From: Octopus vulgaris
Lineage: Eukaryota
Assembly (NCBI GenBank): GCA_951406725.2
Contig: OX597830.1
Coordinates: 9,238,001 to 9,302,000, forward strand
Direction of reading: 5' to 3'
Length of the DNA stretch: 64,000 bases
Position numbers and translations under genes: made by a program. This document shows positions 16,300-29,430 of the stretch, piece by piece. Below the pieces are notes generated by a model. It was given only the letters and a program-made list of their open reading frames with translations, had not been told where the DNA came from and made no database searches. How positions within the stretch are numbered: position 1 is the first letter of the stretch; each line of letters opens with the position of its first letter.

Positions 16300-16863
16300 A
16301 TTTTCTACTCTAGGCACAAGACCCTAAATCTTTGGGGAGAGGGTCAGTTGATTAGATCGACCTCAGTACGCAACTGGTACTTAATTTATCAACCCTGAAA
16401 GGATGAAAAGCAAAGTCGACCTCGGCGGAATTTAAACTCACAACGTAACGGCAGACGAAATACCTATTTCTTTACTACCCACAAGGGGCTAAACACAGAG
16501 AGGACAAACCTATTAAGTCGATTATATCGACCCCAGTGCGTAACTGGTACTTAATTTATCGACCCCGAAAGGATGAAAGGCGAAGTCGACGTTGGCGGAA
16601 TTTGAACTCAGAACGTAAGGACGGACGAAATACTTATTTCTTTACTGCCCACAAGGGGCTAAACACAGAGGGGACAAACAAGGACAGACAAACGGATTAA
16701 TCCGATTATATCGACCCCAGTGCGTAACTCGTACTTATTTAATCGGTCCAGAAAGGATGGAAGGCAAAGTCGACCTCGGCTGAATTTGAACTCAGAACGT
16801 AGCGGCAGACGAAATACTGCTGAGCATTTCGCCTGGCGTGCTAACATTTCTGCCAGCTCGCCT
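16300..16863 (-). mobile_element. SINE family A trimer nested in a family C SINE (~16075-16935)
   Basis: Three tandem units; TSD-like AAACTACAT(T/C)AA on both sides. Confidence 0.9.
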
Positions 16864-17401
16864 TTAAACTACATCAAAAGTTACGCGTGTCTGTGGAGTG
16901 CTCAGCCACTTTCACGTTTATTTCAGGAGCAGACTGTGAAAAAACAAAAGTCCTTAAAAAAAGAAAAATTAAAAGACAAATCTTGAAGAAGAAACCCGAA
17001 AACGAAATCCCTCTCCCAGAATATTCCTTCTCGGAACTTTGGGGGTGAGTATCGCATGTAAAAACAACGTTAATTTGCCCAGATGTTAATTAGTGCAGCG
17101 GTAAATATTTGCATAACCCATTGGTTTACCATTCTCTGTGTGGGTATGTATATCTTTGTGGGTACATGCGCGTGGGTACGTGTGTGCGTGTGTGTACGCG
17201 CACCTGTATGTGTCTGTGTGTGTCTGTCTGAATGTGTGTCGATATGAGTCTGTCGTGTGTGTATATGTCTGTGTGTTGTGGGTGTTTGTGTGTGTAGGTG
17301 GGTGTTTGTGCGTGGGTATATTATATATATATACATACATACATTGATACTTACATACATGGGTACATATACACACACATGCGCGCGCGTTTATGTATAT
17401 A

Positions 17402-17513
<112 letters not shown>

Positions 17514-17640
17514 CATGCATATATGTATATATAGTGTGTAGGTGGCTGCATAATGTTTGATGAGGTATAGATGTAAATGTGTGTGTATAATTCTTGAGAT
17601 CATACGATACTCAGTTGATATTTATGTATGCATGCGTGTG

Positions 17641-17705
<65 letters not shown>

Positions 17706-18263
17706 GTCTGTCTATCTATCTATCGAAGTATATATATATATATATACACACACATATATTTCTACACATCTGTGTGTGTGTGTGTGTGTATGTGTGTGTT
17801 GACGTGTGTATATATGTGTGTGTGCATGTGTGTGTATGTGTGGGTGCAAATATAAGAGTGCTATCCAGTGTAGAGTAAGTACTGCAAGCGCAGTGCGTGA
17901 GACATGGGTCTCTTACAATGTTTTCTCGGCAGACGTCTGTTATATCAGAATAACAACGTCGAAACACTGATCAGGTACAGGTGTTGTATTCACAAACTTC
18001 GCCGACCTTTCTACTTTGACCTTTGACCGATTAAATTTCCGTCTGACCTATATAATTACCATGTTCTGTCATTCATGAACTTAGATACTCAACTTTGCGT
18101 TGAATGAATGAATGAATGAATGAACTTTTATGGTATGTTTGTGTGGTAAAGATGCTCGCATGCCAACTCCGTAGTCTCAGGTTCGGTCCCATTGTGCGCG
18201 GCACCATTGACTGAACAACGCCTTGTGAGTGAATTTGGTAGAATAGAGTCCGTTAGAAGTGAA

Positions 18264-18322
<59 letters not shown>

Positions 18323-18748
18323 CACACATACACACATACACACACACATACACATATATACACTTGTTACGAGTTCAAATATACTTGAGGCATGCTGAAC
18401 CCATAAGAAATCTATTCACTGTATTTTGTCTTGGAGAAAATATTTCGTTGTAGACAGATATGTGTAAACACACCAAATGAATTGAAAGCTCTGACCAGAC
18501 TAATGGACGCATGTGCTTCGGAGTTATAGAAAAACTACACATTTTTTACTTTCTCTTTTCTTTGCCGTTCTCTCTCCCATTTTTTCCTCTCAAAAGCGCG
18601 TAGGCTCGAAACGTCAAACACTTTTCCATTTTCCCCAAGCGTCAAACTAATACACCCGCTTGTTGTTCCATCACCTGTCTTCGTCTTTTCTGTAAGTTTG
18701 AACTACACACATACACACGCACACACATACACACACATATATACATAG

Positions 18749-18780
<32 letters not shown>

Positions 18781-19990
18781 GTGTATAAACAAACGTACAC
18801 ACACACACATATATGTATATATCGATGTATGTGTATGTTTGAGTCTGTTTGTCATCCACACCACTTGAAAATAGGTGTTGGCTTGTTTACATATCCATAA
18901 CTTAGCAGTTCGGCCAACGTGTTGAGGGAATCCAATCTCCCTCAAATCAGACAAGTTTGTAACCTGGTTCCGCCATCTTCTAGTGGTGGTGCGTACTGGG
19001 GTCGATGTAATCGACTGCCCCCACCCCAAAAAATTTCGGGCCTTGTGCCAAGAGGAGAAAGTTATTATTAAGGTGGCGAGCTGGCAGAAACGTTAGCACG
19101 CGGGGCGAAATGCTTAGCAGTATTTCGTCTGTCACTACGTTCTGAGTTCAAATTCCGTCGAGATCGACTTTGCCTTTCATCCTTTCGGGGTCGATAGATT
19201 AATTATCAGTTGCGTATTGGGGTCTATCTAATTGACTAGCCCCTTCCACCCTCAAAATTTCGGACCTTGTGCCTAGAGTAGAAGAGAAAAGAATAAATCG
19301 AGAATTGCAATTGTATGGTATTTGATATACCTATTTTTTTGTCTTCTTCGTGCTTTAGTCATTAGACTGCGACCATGCTGGAACACTACCTACTAGAACA
19401 TTTTGTCGAACGAATCGACTCCAGGACTTATTTTTAAACGCCTGGTTCTTATTCTATAGGATATTTTTACCGAACCGTTGTCAAGCGATGGTGAGGGATA
19501 AACACAGACTTAAAGACATCCACTCCTTCACACACATACGACAGGCTTCTTTCAGTTTCGGCCTACGAAATTCACTCACAAGGCTTTGGGTGGCCCGAGG
19601 CTATAGCAAAAAACACTTGCCCAAGGTGCCACGCAGTGGGACTGAACCCAGAACCATATGATTGCGAAGCAAGCTTCTTACCACACAGCCACACCTACGC
19701 CCATATTTGTCTATGTTGCTCAAATAGTTGCCATTGTCCACTTTGTGTTATTTCTCTTCGCTCATTTTTGATTAATTTATATATATTTCATCTACATGAC
19801 CAAGTAATTCTTATTAATTTTGGCACAAGGCCAGCAGTTCTGAGGATAAGTAGTTAATCGATATCACAACCCTATATCTTGAGTGATACTTTATTTTATC
19901 GATCTCGGAAAGACGGATGGCAAAGTTGACTTCGACAGGATTTGAATCGGAAAAAATACGGCAAGGTACTTTGTGCCCCACTGTAACAAT

Positions 19991-20077
<87 letters not shown>

Positions 20078-20437
20078 GGGTGGCTGTCTGTCCGTTTGCA
20101 TGTCTGTCTATTTCTTTCACTCTCCACACCCACACACCAACACACAGGCAAACACGCTCACACCCGCACGCATACACACTATCATACACATACACGCATG
20201 CGCATTCATACTCAAACAAACACACACACACACACGTATATGAGTGTGTGTGTGTGTGTGTATATATATGTATATCGATGTAAACACATGTAGAATTTTC
20301 TTCCTACAGCGTGTATTTATGCATAAGTGAGAAAAGGAAAACAACATCTGAACAGACAAACATGTGTAGAAAAGAAGAGAAAGATCAAGAATAAGAGAAA
20401 GGGGGAGGGACAGTGACAGAGCGACAGTGAGGGTGTG

Positions 20438-20483
<46 letters not shown>

Positions 20484-20628
20484 TGCATATATATACATAC
20501 ATACATACCCACACACACATTATGTTTGTGTGTGTCTCTGTGTCTGTCTGTATATGTATGCATGCATATATATATATATATGTATACATGCATATATATA
20601 TATGTATGTATATATACATGTATGTATG

Positions 20629-20661
<33 letters not shown>

Positions 20662-20794
20662 ACATATATATATATATGTATGTATACATATATATACAAA
20701 AGTACATGTATATATATGTATGTGTACATGTATGCATGGATGAGGGTGCGCGCCTATATTTATGAGTATATATATATACATATATATATATACA

Positions 20795-20842
<48 letters not shown>

Positions 20843-21520
20843 CACACACGTACACGTACACATGCACACACACACACACATACAAATATATGTAGATATA
20901 TTTGTATGTTTATAAATTTTTTTATTTGTTTAATGGAGGAGTGAGTAAATAGTTACTTCAAGTGGCCAATTCTTAAATCCTTTGGTCTCAGGATGGCAAG
21001 AAGAATTTCTACTTGTTGAGGATCTTGACCTTTACAATTTTATCCACTTGACCCCATAACATTGCTTCATAACTACAAGACCACGAGATTATGTATGTGG
21101 TCGCTCAAAGTGCTTCAAAGTAGCAGTGAAATTTTCCTCATATGGCAATCTGCATGCAGTCTTAGAGAACAATTAAATGAAATTTGTGAAACAAAATTGG
21201 ATATATACTATGTAGTAATGACAAAATGATAATGTAGTCCAGGGAGGATTGCCTTTGAGCCGAAGCTGTTGGATTAGAGAATCTGCAGCGTGGTTGCGTG
21301 GTAAGAAGTTTGCTTTCCAACCACATGGCTCCGGGTTCAGTCCTACTGCGTGACACATTGGGCAAGAGTCTTCTATTATAGTCTCAGGCCAAGCAAAAAG
21401 CAAAGCCTTCTGAATGGATTTAGTGAAAGGAAACTGAAAGAATCCCGTCGTGTATATATATATATGTATGCATGTGTATATATGTGTGTGTATTTATATG
21501 TATGTATGTATGTATATATG

Positions 21521-21584
<64 letters not shown>

Positions 21585-21588
<4 letters not shown>

Positions 21589-21719
21589 ATAAGAGTAGAT
21601 CGTATACGAGTGGGTATATATTTATAAAAAAAGAAGTTTGAAAACGCCACTATATAAGATAAATTTTAATTTTCTTATGAATTTTACATGTTTCGGTTCT
21701 TGAAAAAACGAACCTTCTG
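21585..21719 (-). mobile_element. Short PLE-like 3' terminus truncated inside its hammerhead
   Basis: GGUUC...GAACC-GAAAC-AU-GUA is retained; the upstream core is replaced by (TA)n. Sits inside the microsatellite of a SINE. Confidence 0.5.
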
Positions 21720-22757
21720 TATATATATATCTGTGTGTGTGCGTGTCTTTGTGTCTTTGTTTGTCCGCCACCACTGCTTGACGACCGGTGCTGGGTTGTT
21801 TACGTCCCCGTAACTTAATTGTGGCAAAAGAGACCGATAGAATAAATATCAGGCTTAAAATACAAATAAGTACTGGGGTCGATTTGTTCTACGCTAAAAA
21901 CCCCTTCAAGCCGGTGCACCAATATGGCCGCTATCAAACGACTGAAACAAGTAAAACTAAAAGCCAAACGTCGGCCATTAGCACTGAAGTACTGAGTTGA
22001 TTAACGATGAGTCATCCGGCCTAGAAGTAAATAGGTACCATGTGTGCGTATAACCGACTGATGTGTGTAACATGTGCAGTGTAGTAATTAACAAATGCTT
22101 CATTAACTGGTAATTTTCAGTGCAGTACATAATTAACAAGTGGTTCATTAGCTGCTTGTCCTCAGTGCAGTTAATCTTCGCAAGTTGATGACAAATAAAT
22201 AACAAAAAAAAAAGAGGAAAGCGTATAAGGACAGAGCAACGATTGGCTGTCGTTGTTCCAGACGATATACTTCAGTCATTTGAACAGATGTGTTGGCGAG
22301 ATGTAGACAAAATGGCCGCTTTGTAAAACAACAGGTTAACCTACAATTAAGTCTCGTATGGCGTAGATAGTCAGTAACAGCTGTGCGCTTAACGACTTCG
22401 CTAGCTAACTCAAGTTCGAATTTATTTCGCGTAATTTCTGGAAAGCCATACCCATTCAGATGCTTTCTTCACTGCTCTGCCCTAAGATGGCTTCAAGGCA
22501 AAGATTGAAATAAGTAAAAGAAGGTTGTTTGTACATTTTAAATGTACATACACGTAATATCAATCCTTCTGACGTGTTTAAAGCAGGTGACTCCCTAATA
22601 TAACTACATAAGATACTTGGATGGCCTGGACCTATCTTTGACCGAAACATAACTGCTTAGCGCTGTCACACCGTATTTTGCTTACGACTAGTCGCTGAGT
22701 AGCCCAACCATCCACTGAACGATGACGGGAATATTATAAGGGGGACCTGACCTTCAT

Positions 22758-22861
22758 GTCAGTTCACAGTGTCTGCCTTTCCGGTTTCTGTAGCTGAAGA
22801 AGAGATAATTACTCCGAAAGGCATGCATCCAACAGTCTGATTAGGGGCGCTGTGAACTGAC
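22758..22861 (+). ncRNA. Hammerhead candidate with extended stem I
   Basis: CUGUAG-CUGAAGA-AGAG(AUAAUUA)CUCC-GAAA-GGCAUGC-AUC^CAACAG, enclosed by a 16 bp helix GUCAGUUCACAGUGUC/GGCGCUGUGAACUGAC. Confidence 0.55.
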
Positions 22862-23095
22862 TCGGTGTGTTCACACCTTTCTGTCTACAGCGATAAATTT
22901 TCTCTACGACAAAATACAGTAAATTTCTTTCTTACGGGTTTGAATATCTTTCAAGTATATTTCAACCGGTAACAAGTCTGTATTTATAAACATCGCTGCT
23001 TAGCGCCCGTATTTAATTATAGTATTATATACATGATTATCTAATTATCTAATTAAATATCTGCGCGATTATCAGCAAATATTTCGCAGCATTCT

Positions 23096-23282
<187 letters not shown>

Positions 23283-23623
23283 AAAGATTGATTAAAAGAT
23301 AGATGGATATAGAAATGTATGTACGTACGTATGCATTATGTTCGTATGTATGTGTGTATGTATGTATGTATGTATGTATGTATGTATGTATGTATGTATT
23401 TATGTATGTATGTAAACTTTATTTCTTACCACTCGAGAAAGATACAGTTGCTAAAATCCAAGGCTCTTTCACTAGAATTTCAACATGGACAGGATAGATA
23501 CGCATGTATGCGTGAATTCATGCAAGTATTTGGCATCAATACACATGCAGATCTGTATGATTTGTTTTATATATATATATAAACTCATGCATGCAATTGC
23601 ATATCTACACATGTGCGTATGTA

Positions 23624-23995
23624 CAGGGTGATTCAAAAGTCGCCATACATAGGAACAATTTATCTTTTTATAAGAAACAGTTTATAAGAACAGTTTGCTT
23701 TTTTTATTATCTAACTGGTTCTATATGGTGACCATTGATTTGAATACACATTGCAATACGTTAACCCCACTCATTGGGAACTTGTAATTGCACATCTGGT
23801 GATACGTGTACAAAGGAGTTGGTGATGCGTTCCTTCAAATGATTTATGTCTTTTATCTTTCTGTGATACACCATTCAATTGCCCCCAAAGATAGAAATCA
23901 AGAGGGGTCAGATCAGGGGATCTAGGGGATCTTATAAACTGTTTCTTATAAACAAATAAATTTTTCCTATATATGGAGACTTTTGAATCAGCCTG
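23624..23995 (-). mobile_element. Tc1/mariner-superfamily deletion derivative (MITE)
   Basis: TA|CAGGGTGATTCAAAAGTC...GACTTTTGAATCAGCCTG|TA with ~65 bp TIRs; minus strand encodes SPDLTPLDFYLWG. Confidence 0.9.
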
Positions 23996-23999
23996 TATT

Positions 24000-24310
24000 T
24001 ATATGCTAAACTCTTGGAAAGGTTTAAATATTCCACTGATGGCTGGTATCTTTAATCTTCTAATTACCTTTCTAGTTTCTTCTCTTGAGAACCAAAATTT
24101 CTCAAAATTAGTGCTGAGGCGGTTTGTTATATATACCATACCCCAATAATTACAGGTAAGAGTCGGAATTTGTAATCCGGGTTGAGTTCTGGAAATTTCT
24201 GTAGTTCAGCGTAGCTGTTTTTCTTTTTGCAGACATCCGCTGATCGATTGATTTCCACAACTGTACACAGTTTCTCTTCTCTGTTCCAGTTCCTCATGTC
24301 CCGTGTATTA
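24000..24310 (-). mobile_element. Second, more decayed copy of the same RLE LINE family
   Basis: WNREEKLCTVVEI...ADV...NSYAEL...NPDYKFRLLPVIIGV. 3' UTR-like pieces lie at ~23410-23495 and ~24745-24850. Confidence 0.75.
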
Positions 24311-24371
24311 TGTTTGCATTTTGTATGTATGTATGTATGTATGTATGTATGTATGTATGTATGTATGTATG

Positions 24372-24710
24372 TTGAGACCCTTTCGGTCATGATTGACCAT
24401 GGGATTGCGCTTGGAAAGTTACTCGCCCAGGCACAAGTCCGGGCAAAGTTGTTTATGGAAGATCAGCAGTCGCCCATGCATACTGGTCTCCCCTCTCCAC
24501 ACCACCAGTGTAATCCAAGGGAAAGGCAAAGGGGCCGATACAACCCGGCACATGTGACGTTGCAACTCATTTCTACAGCTGAGTGAACTGGAGCAACGTG
24601 AAATTAAGTGTCTTGCTCAAGAACATAACACGCAGCCTGGTCCGGGATTCGAACTAACAACATCACGAAAGTAAACTCGACGCTCTAACCACTGAGCCAT
24701 GCGCCTTCAC
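24372..24710 (-). mobile_element. SINE family C (tRNA-like head, CCAGT(T/C)CACTCAGCTG domain), full length
   Basis: A-box TGGCTCAGTGG, B-box GTTCGAATCCC; inserted in (TATG)n. Confidence 0.85.
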
Positions 24711-24921
24711 TAATGTATGTATGTGTGTGTGTGTGTGTGTTCTGTGTTCTCTTCCGCTTTAATTATTTAAAAGTCTCCCTGTAAGGAAGGACCCGGTTTC
24801 TGAGAAAGATACAAAGATACATTCATTGGAAAAACAAAGTCACATTGTAAAATTGAGAAACGTCTTGCATACTTTTTCTGTTCCGCTTACTGAATGTATT
24901 TGCAATGTGCAACTTAGCCCA

Positions 24922-24983
<62 letters not shown>

Positions 24984-25172
24984 AAAATAGTAAAGTGTGA
25001 AAAAACGACAGAAGGCTTAAATGTTAAAAAAAATATATATTTGTGTCAAAATGTCTGGAGAATATTGGAAAAAATTTTTTCCTTTCCTTAAAATGACATA
25101 ATTTTAAAATTTTTAAAGAAATTACCGGTTTCGCGTGTAGCTTAAATCATTAAATCATTAAATCATTAAATC

Positions 25173-25679
25173 ATTAAAAGCTACAAACAGCCTAAATCAC
25201 TTAAAAAGATTCTCACAAAGGCAAAATTGTCTTCTAAAATTACGGATGCAAAAGTAAAAAAATGTGGTAGATCGAACTGTGCAACATGTCCTAACCTATT
25301 GGAAGGATCAGAATTCTTCTTTAAAGAGGGACAGAAATTCAAGATCAAATCTAACTTTACTTGTGCCTCTGAAAACATAATTTATGTTATTAAATGCTCG
25401 GGCTGCCACCAAGACTACGTGGGTTCCACGGGACTATCACTCAGGCGTAGATGCACACTGCATCGACAACAGATTGCATTCCCAGAATATAGAATGATAC
25501 CTTTTAGTGAGCACATTGAGAAATGCGCAAAACAACTACTGCCACAATTTTTAATCTTCCCATTTTACCAATGTGCTTTCGGATCATCAACACAAATGAG
25601 ACTGAACAAGGAAACATTCTTCATTGAAAAGTACAAACCCAGACTCAACCATCCGAACATACTGACACAGAGAAATTAA
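25173..25679 (+). pseudogene. C-terminal GIY-YIG endonuclease domain of a PLE ORF (RT part lost)
   Basis: Open frame IKSYKQPKSLKKILTKAK...KKCGRSNCATC...FTCASENIIYVIKCSGCHQDYVGSTGLSLRRRCTLH...RLNKETFFIEKYKPRLN*. Shows the Cys-rich linker, IIY/YVG motifs and conserved R, H, E, N typical of Neptune-clade PLEs. Confidence 0.9.
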
Positions 25680-25814
25680 CAAGGAAAAGGGAAAAAAATT
25701 TTTAAGCGATTATCTCCCTTACACCGGAAGAAATCACTCACTACCTCCCCTTATTTAGAAATCTCCTGAAAATAAACACAACGATAACTCCATGCAATAT
25801 AAACATAACGTCAC

Positions 25815-25854
25815 AAGAAATTTGAAAAGCTACACGCGAAACCGGTAATTTCTT
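25815..25854 (+). ncRNA. Minimal type I hammerhead ribozyme, U3:A8 core variant
   Basis: AAGAAAU-UUGAAAA-GC(UACAC)GC-GAAAC-CG-GUA^AUUUCUU: 7 bp stem I, palindromic ACCGGU stem III, located in the PLE 3' UTR. Confidence 0.75.
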
Positions 25855-26007
25855 TAAAAATTTAAAAATTATGTCATTTTAAGGAAAGGAAAAAAATTTT
25901 TCCAATATTCTCCAGACATTTTGACACAAATATATATATTTTTTAACATTTAAGCCTTCTGTCGTTTTTTCACCCTTTACTATTTTCTTATATACCAAAC
26001 AAACTTT

Positions 26008-26089
<82 letters not shown>

Positions 26090-26315
26090 TGTATATGTAT
26101 ATATTTGTGTGTCTATGTGTGTCCTCCCACTATCGCTTGACAGTCAATGGTGGTGTGTTTACGTCCCCGTAACCTAGCGGTTCGGCAAAAGAGGGACAGG
26201 TAGAATAAGTACTAGGTTTACAAAGAATAAGTCCTGGGTTCGATCTGTTCGACCGAGAGTGGTGCGACAGCATGGCCGTAGTCAATTTACTGCAACAGGT
26301 TGAAGAATATGCAAA

Positions 26316-26680
26316 TCTATATATATAAACCTGAAGTTGTCTGTGTGTGTGTGTGTGTGTGGCAGGTTTGGTAGCCTTCAACTAACACTATCTCCTCTGA
26401 GACTCTGCGGCGCAAGTTGACCAAAATTGAAAGTATGATACAAGAAGGCTTGCTCTTCATTCCGTAGAAGAAAAAAATTCAAATCGGACCATGTTAACAC
26501 TAAAAATTATTTACATGAAACTTCCTATTTTTTACGAATTTTTGACTGCTGTGTCGCCATTTTTCTGTGTATTTCAACCAGAAAAATGTTCACTTAAAGC
26601 GAATAACAAGCTACATAATGCAAAATTTTTACTTTTCTAAAATTCCAATTCTGAAGGGCAACGCCGGGCTATACTGCTAG
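26316..26680 (+). mobile_element. Non-autonomous Helitron-like element
   Basis: A|TCTATATATATAAA 5' end, GCAACGCCGGGCTATACTGCTAG|T 3' end, AT target, no TSD. Confidence 0.8.
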
Positions 26681-27006
26681 TGTATCGATATATGGAACGC
26701 TTACCAAAGCTGAAAAGGTGCCAGACAAAAGTGACATTAACAGGATTTTGGTCACTGGAACAGGATAAGCGAAACCACACAATGTAAGGCATCGCGTTTG
26801 GTGTTTAACAAGTCTTCTAACGCGATTGCGTAACACATTTATTTCTGTGAAGAATACAAAGTTTATTTTAATATCTTAACGTATTTATCTTGGAATCCAA
26901 TTAACAGCTAATTATCAAAACTTGTCTATCAGAATTCTTATCATATATCTCATCAGTTTGTGTGTGTGTGTGTGTGTACACGCGCATGTGATACTGTTTA
27001 TATATC

Positions 27007-27125
<119 letters not shown>

Positions 27126-27256
27126 CACAAATATATATGCATATATATACATGCGTATATACGTATATTATACGCGATGATATCATTCGTAAACACACAG
27201 TAATTAACTAGTTAACAATACTTTTAGTGCACATATCTGCTTATATATCTGTGCGA

Positions 27257-27304
<48 letters not shown>

Positions 27305-27532
27305 ATGCTTGTGCTTATTAATGCGACCGTGTGATTGTGTATAAGTGCAAATAGTACATATTGGTAAATATCTCTTTCTGTATATATATATATATATACA
27401 CATACATGTTGCATAGTGAAGAGTAGGAAAGTGAGAAAGATGATGCAGAGTGGTGTTTGTTGATAATTGGTTAGATTGTTAATAGATAATTAGATAATCA
27501 CGTATATAATAATATAATTATGTATGTACGCG

Positions 27533-27631
<99 letters not shown>

Positions 27632-27742
27632 TTATATATGTATTTATATATGTATTTATATATGTATATATATATAAGGTTATTTTCCGGGAACGCTGCC
27701 GTGTTCTCTTTTAGAGAGACTTAGTAATTTTAATATTTCTAT

Positions 27743-27886
<144 letters not shown>

Positions 27887-27989
27887 CTACTAATATAGGA
27901 TGAAGTTTTTTCTCTACAGAAAAAATTCCATCAAGAAATGTGGCAGCATATTAAAATACCTTTACGGTTAAAATTATAAACAACTTATA

Positions 27990-28425
27990 AGTAAGGGCTA
28001 AAGAAAATTATTTCTCTGCAGCATGCCACACAAACAGGAGAAGCCAGCCATAGCTGTAAGACAATTTCTGCGACCACATCATCCCTAACATCTGGCCACC
28101 TAACTCCCCAGACTGCAACACCCTTGATTATCATGTGTGGAGCGCAATGTGAGACCAACAAAACTCTTTGTAAAACCAAAGATGATATGAAGGCGAGGAT
28201 TATGGCAGCATTCACCAACGTAAACAAGGATACCGTCCAGAAGAGTTGCAGGACATTCCGAAGTTGTCTGGAGGCCGTCGTTGAAGCCAATGGCGATTTT
28301 ATCAAATAAATTTAGTATTTCAAAACATTTTAATGTAATTTTGGTAAATATGTCTGTTAAAATGAAATGTCAGTGTTATTTTTCTTTTTGCATAATTTAG
28401 ACGACAATTTATTCACCGCACCTTG
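27990..28425 (+). mobile_element. 3' part of a maT/DD37D-like Tc1/mariner element
   Basis: NIWPPNSPDCNTLDYHVW...CRTFRSCLEAVVEANGDFIK*; ends CACCGCACCTTG|TA. Confidence 0.8.
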
Positions 28426-28649
28426 TATATGTAGATATCTATTTATACATATGCATATATTCATGTATGTATATACATATGTGCATTTATACATGTATAT
28501 ATGCATATATGTATACATACATACATGCATATATATATATATACATATATATAACGGGAAGGTTTACGAAAATAATCAAAAGACGAAGGCAGGTGGAGTA
28601 CAAACAAACAATGTATTAGTATGGCGCTCAGGAATAGAAATAAAACAAG

Positions 28650-28687
28650 TCTTTTACGTTTCGAGCCTATGCTCTTCAACAGAAAGA
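28650..28687 (-). ncRNA. Minimal hammerhead-like fold in TA-flanked island 28553-28730
   Basis: UCUUU-CUGUUGAA-GAGC(AUAG)GCUC-GAAAC-GUA^AAAGA. A related degenerate copy lies at ~18585-18620 (+). Confidence 0.5.
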
Positions 28688-28936
28688 TACACAGAAAAGA
28701 AACAAGGAGAGAAAAAAAATGCGTGTAGGTATGCATATATATACACACACATATATATATTTATATGATAATGATATAATTTTAAATCGTAATTTTAATA
28801 TTAATTTCATATAACCGGTTATTGAAAAGACCGTTAGTTAAAAGGACCCATGAAACCAAAACCAATTTCAAATGTGTATCTCTCAATGTATTGTATATTT
28901 ATACATATAACGTTATTTTTTGTTCCGTTCTCAACT

Positions 28937-28982
28937 AAAACTGTCCGACGAACGGGAACGTGAAACTCCGAGTCACAGTTTT
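28937..28982 (+). ncRNA. Type I hammerhead, CCGACGA (C4) core variant
   Basis: AAAACUGU-CCGACGA-ACG(GGAA)CGU-GAAAC-UCCGA-GUC^ACAGUUUU; 8 bp perfect stem I. Confidence 0.75.
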
Positions 28983-29039
28983 CCTGATGGTTTTCAAGTT
29001 TTATTAACAAAGTATATATATATATATACAAATAATTAA

Positions 29040-29430
29040 TATATAAAAGTGAAGTTGTGTGTCTGTCTCCTACGATTTAGATTCCTAACTACTCCCACAT
29101 TTTGCGGTGCAGTTTAACCAAAACCGGGTATCTTGTAGTCGTGATTCATATCGAGCCCTTCTGGGTATTAGCGCGCGTCTACGATGAGTCTACGATTTAA
29201 AAAAAATTTACCATCATTTTTTTCCATTTTAATGCATTTCTTCGCTATTATATAAGGGAAGTAACTCTCTAAAAATGTCTACGAAGAGTCAACGATTAAA
29301 AAAAAAATTACCATCATTTTTTGTCCGTTTTTTATGCATTTTTTTGCTATTTTTTTGGCTATAACTCTCTAAAAATGCTTATATAGTTATTTCCCTTACA
29401 AACCCGAGCAACGCCGGGCGATACTGCTAG
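29040..29430 (+). mobile_element. Non-autonomous Helitron-like element
   Basis: 5' ATATAAAAGTGAAGTTGT; 3' hairpin CCCGAGCAACGCCGGG then ATACTGCTAG|T; internal tandem duplication (~29175-29278 and ~29278-29375). Confidence 0.8.

Larger units (their letters stand above)
24981..26010 (+). mobile_element. 5'-truncated Penelope-like retroelement (Neptune-type) with inverted terminal copy, inserted in (TA)n
   Basis: Contains a GIY-YIG ORF and a 3' hammerhead fold. 24981-25143 is the reverse complement of 25827-25989, followed by a ~20 bp unpaired tail. (TA)n lies on both sides. Confidence 0.9.

Noticed and set aside
16300-16863. Regularly spaced repeats suggesting a CRISPR array
   Set aside because: Units are whole tandem SINE segments without unique spacers; eukaryotic context and no cas genes.
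22352-22425. Degenerate A-box/B-box spacing
   Set aside because: No stems consistent with a tRNA; too weak to call.
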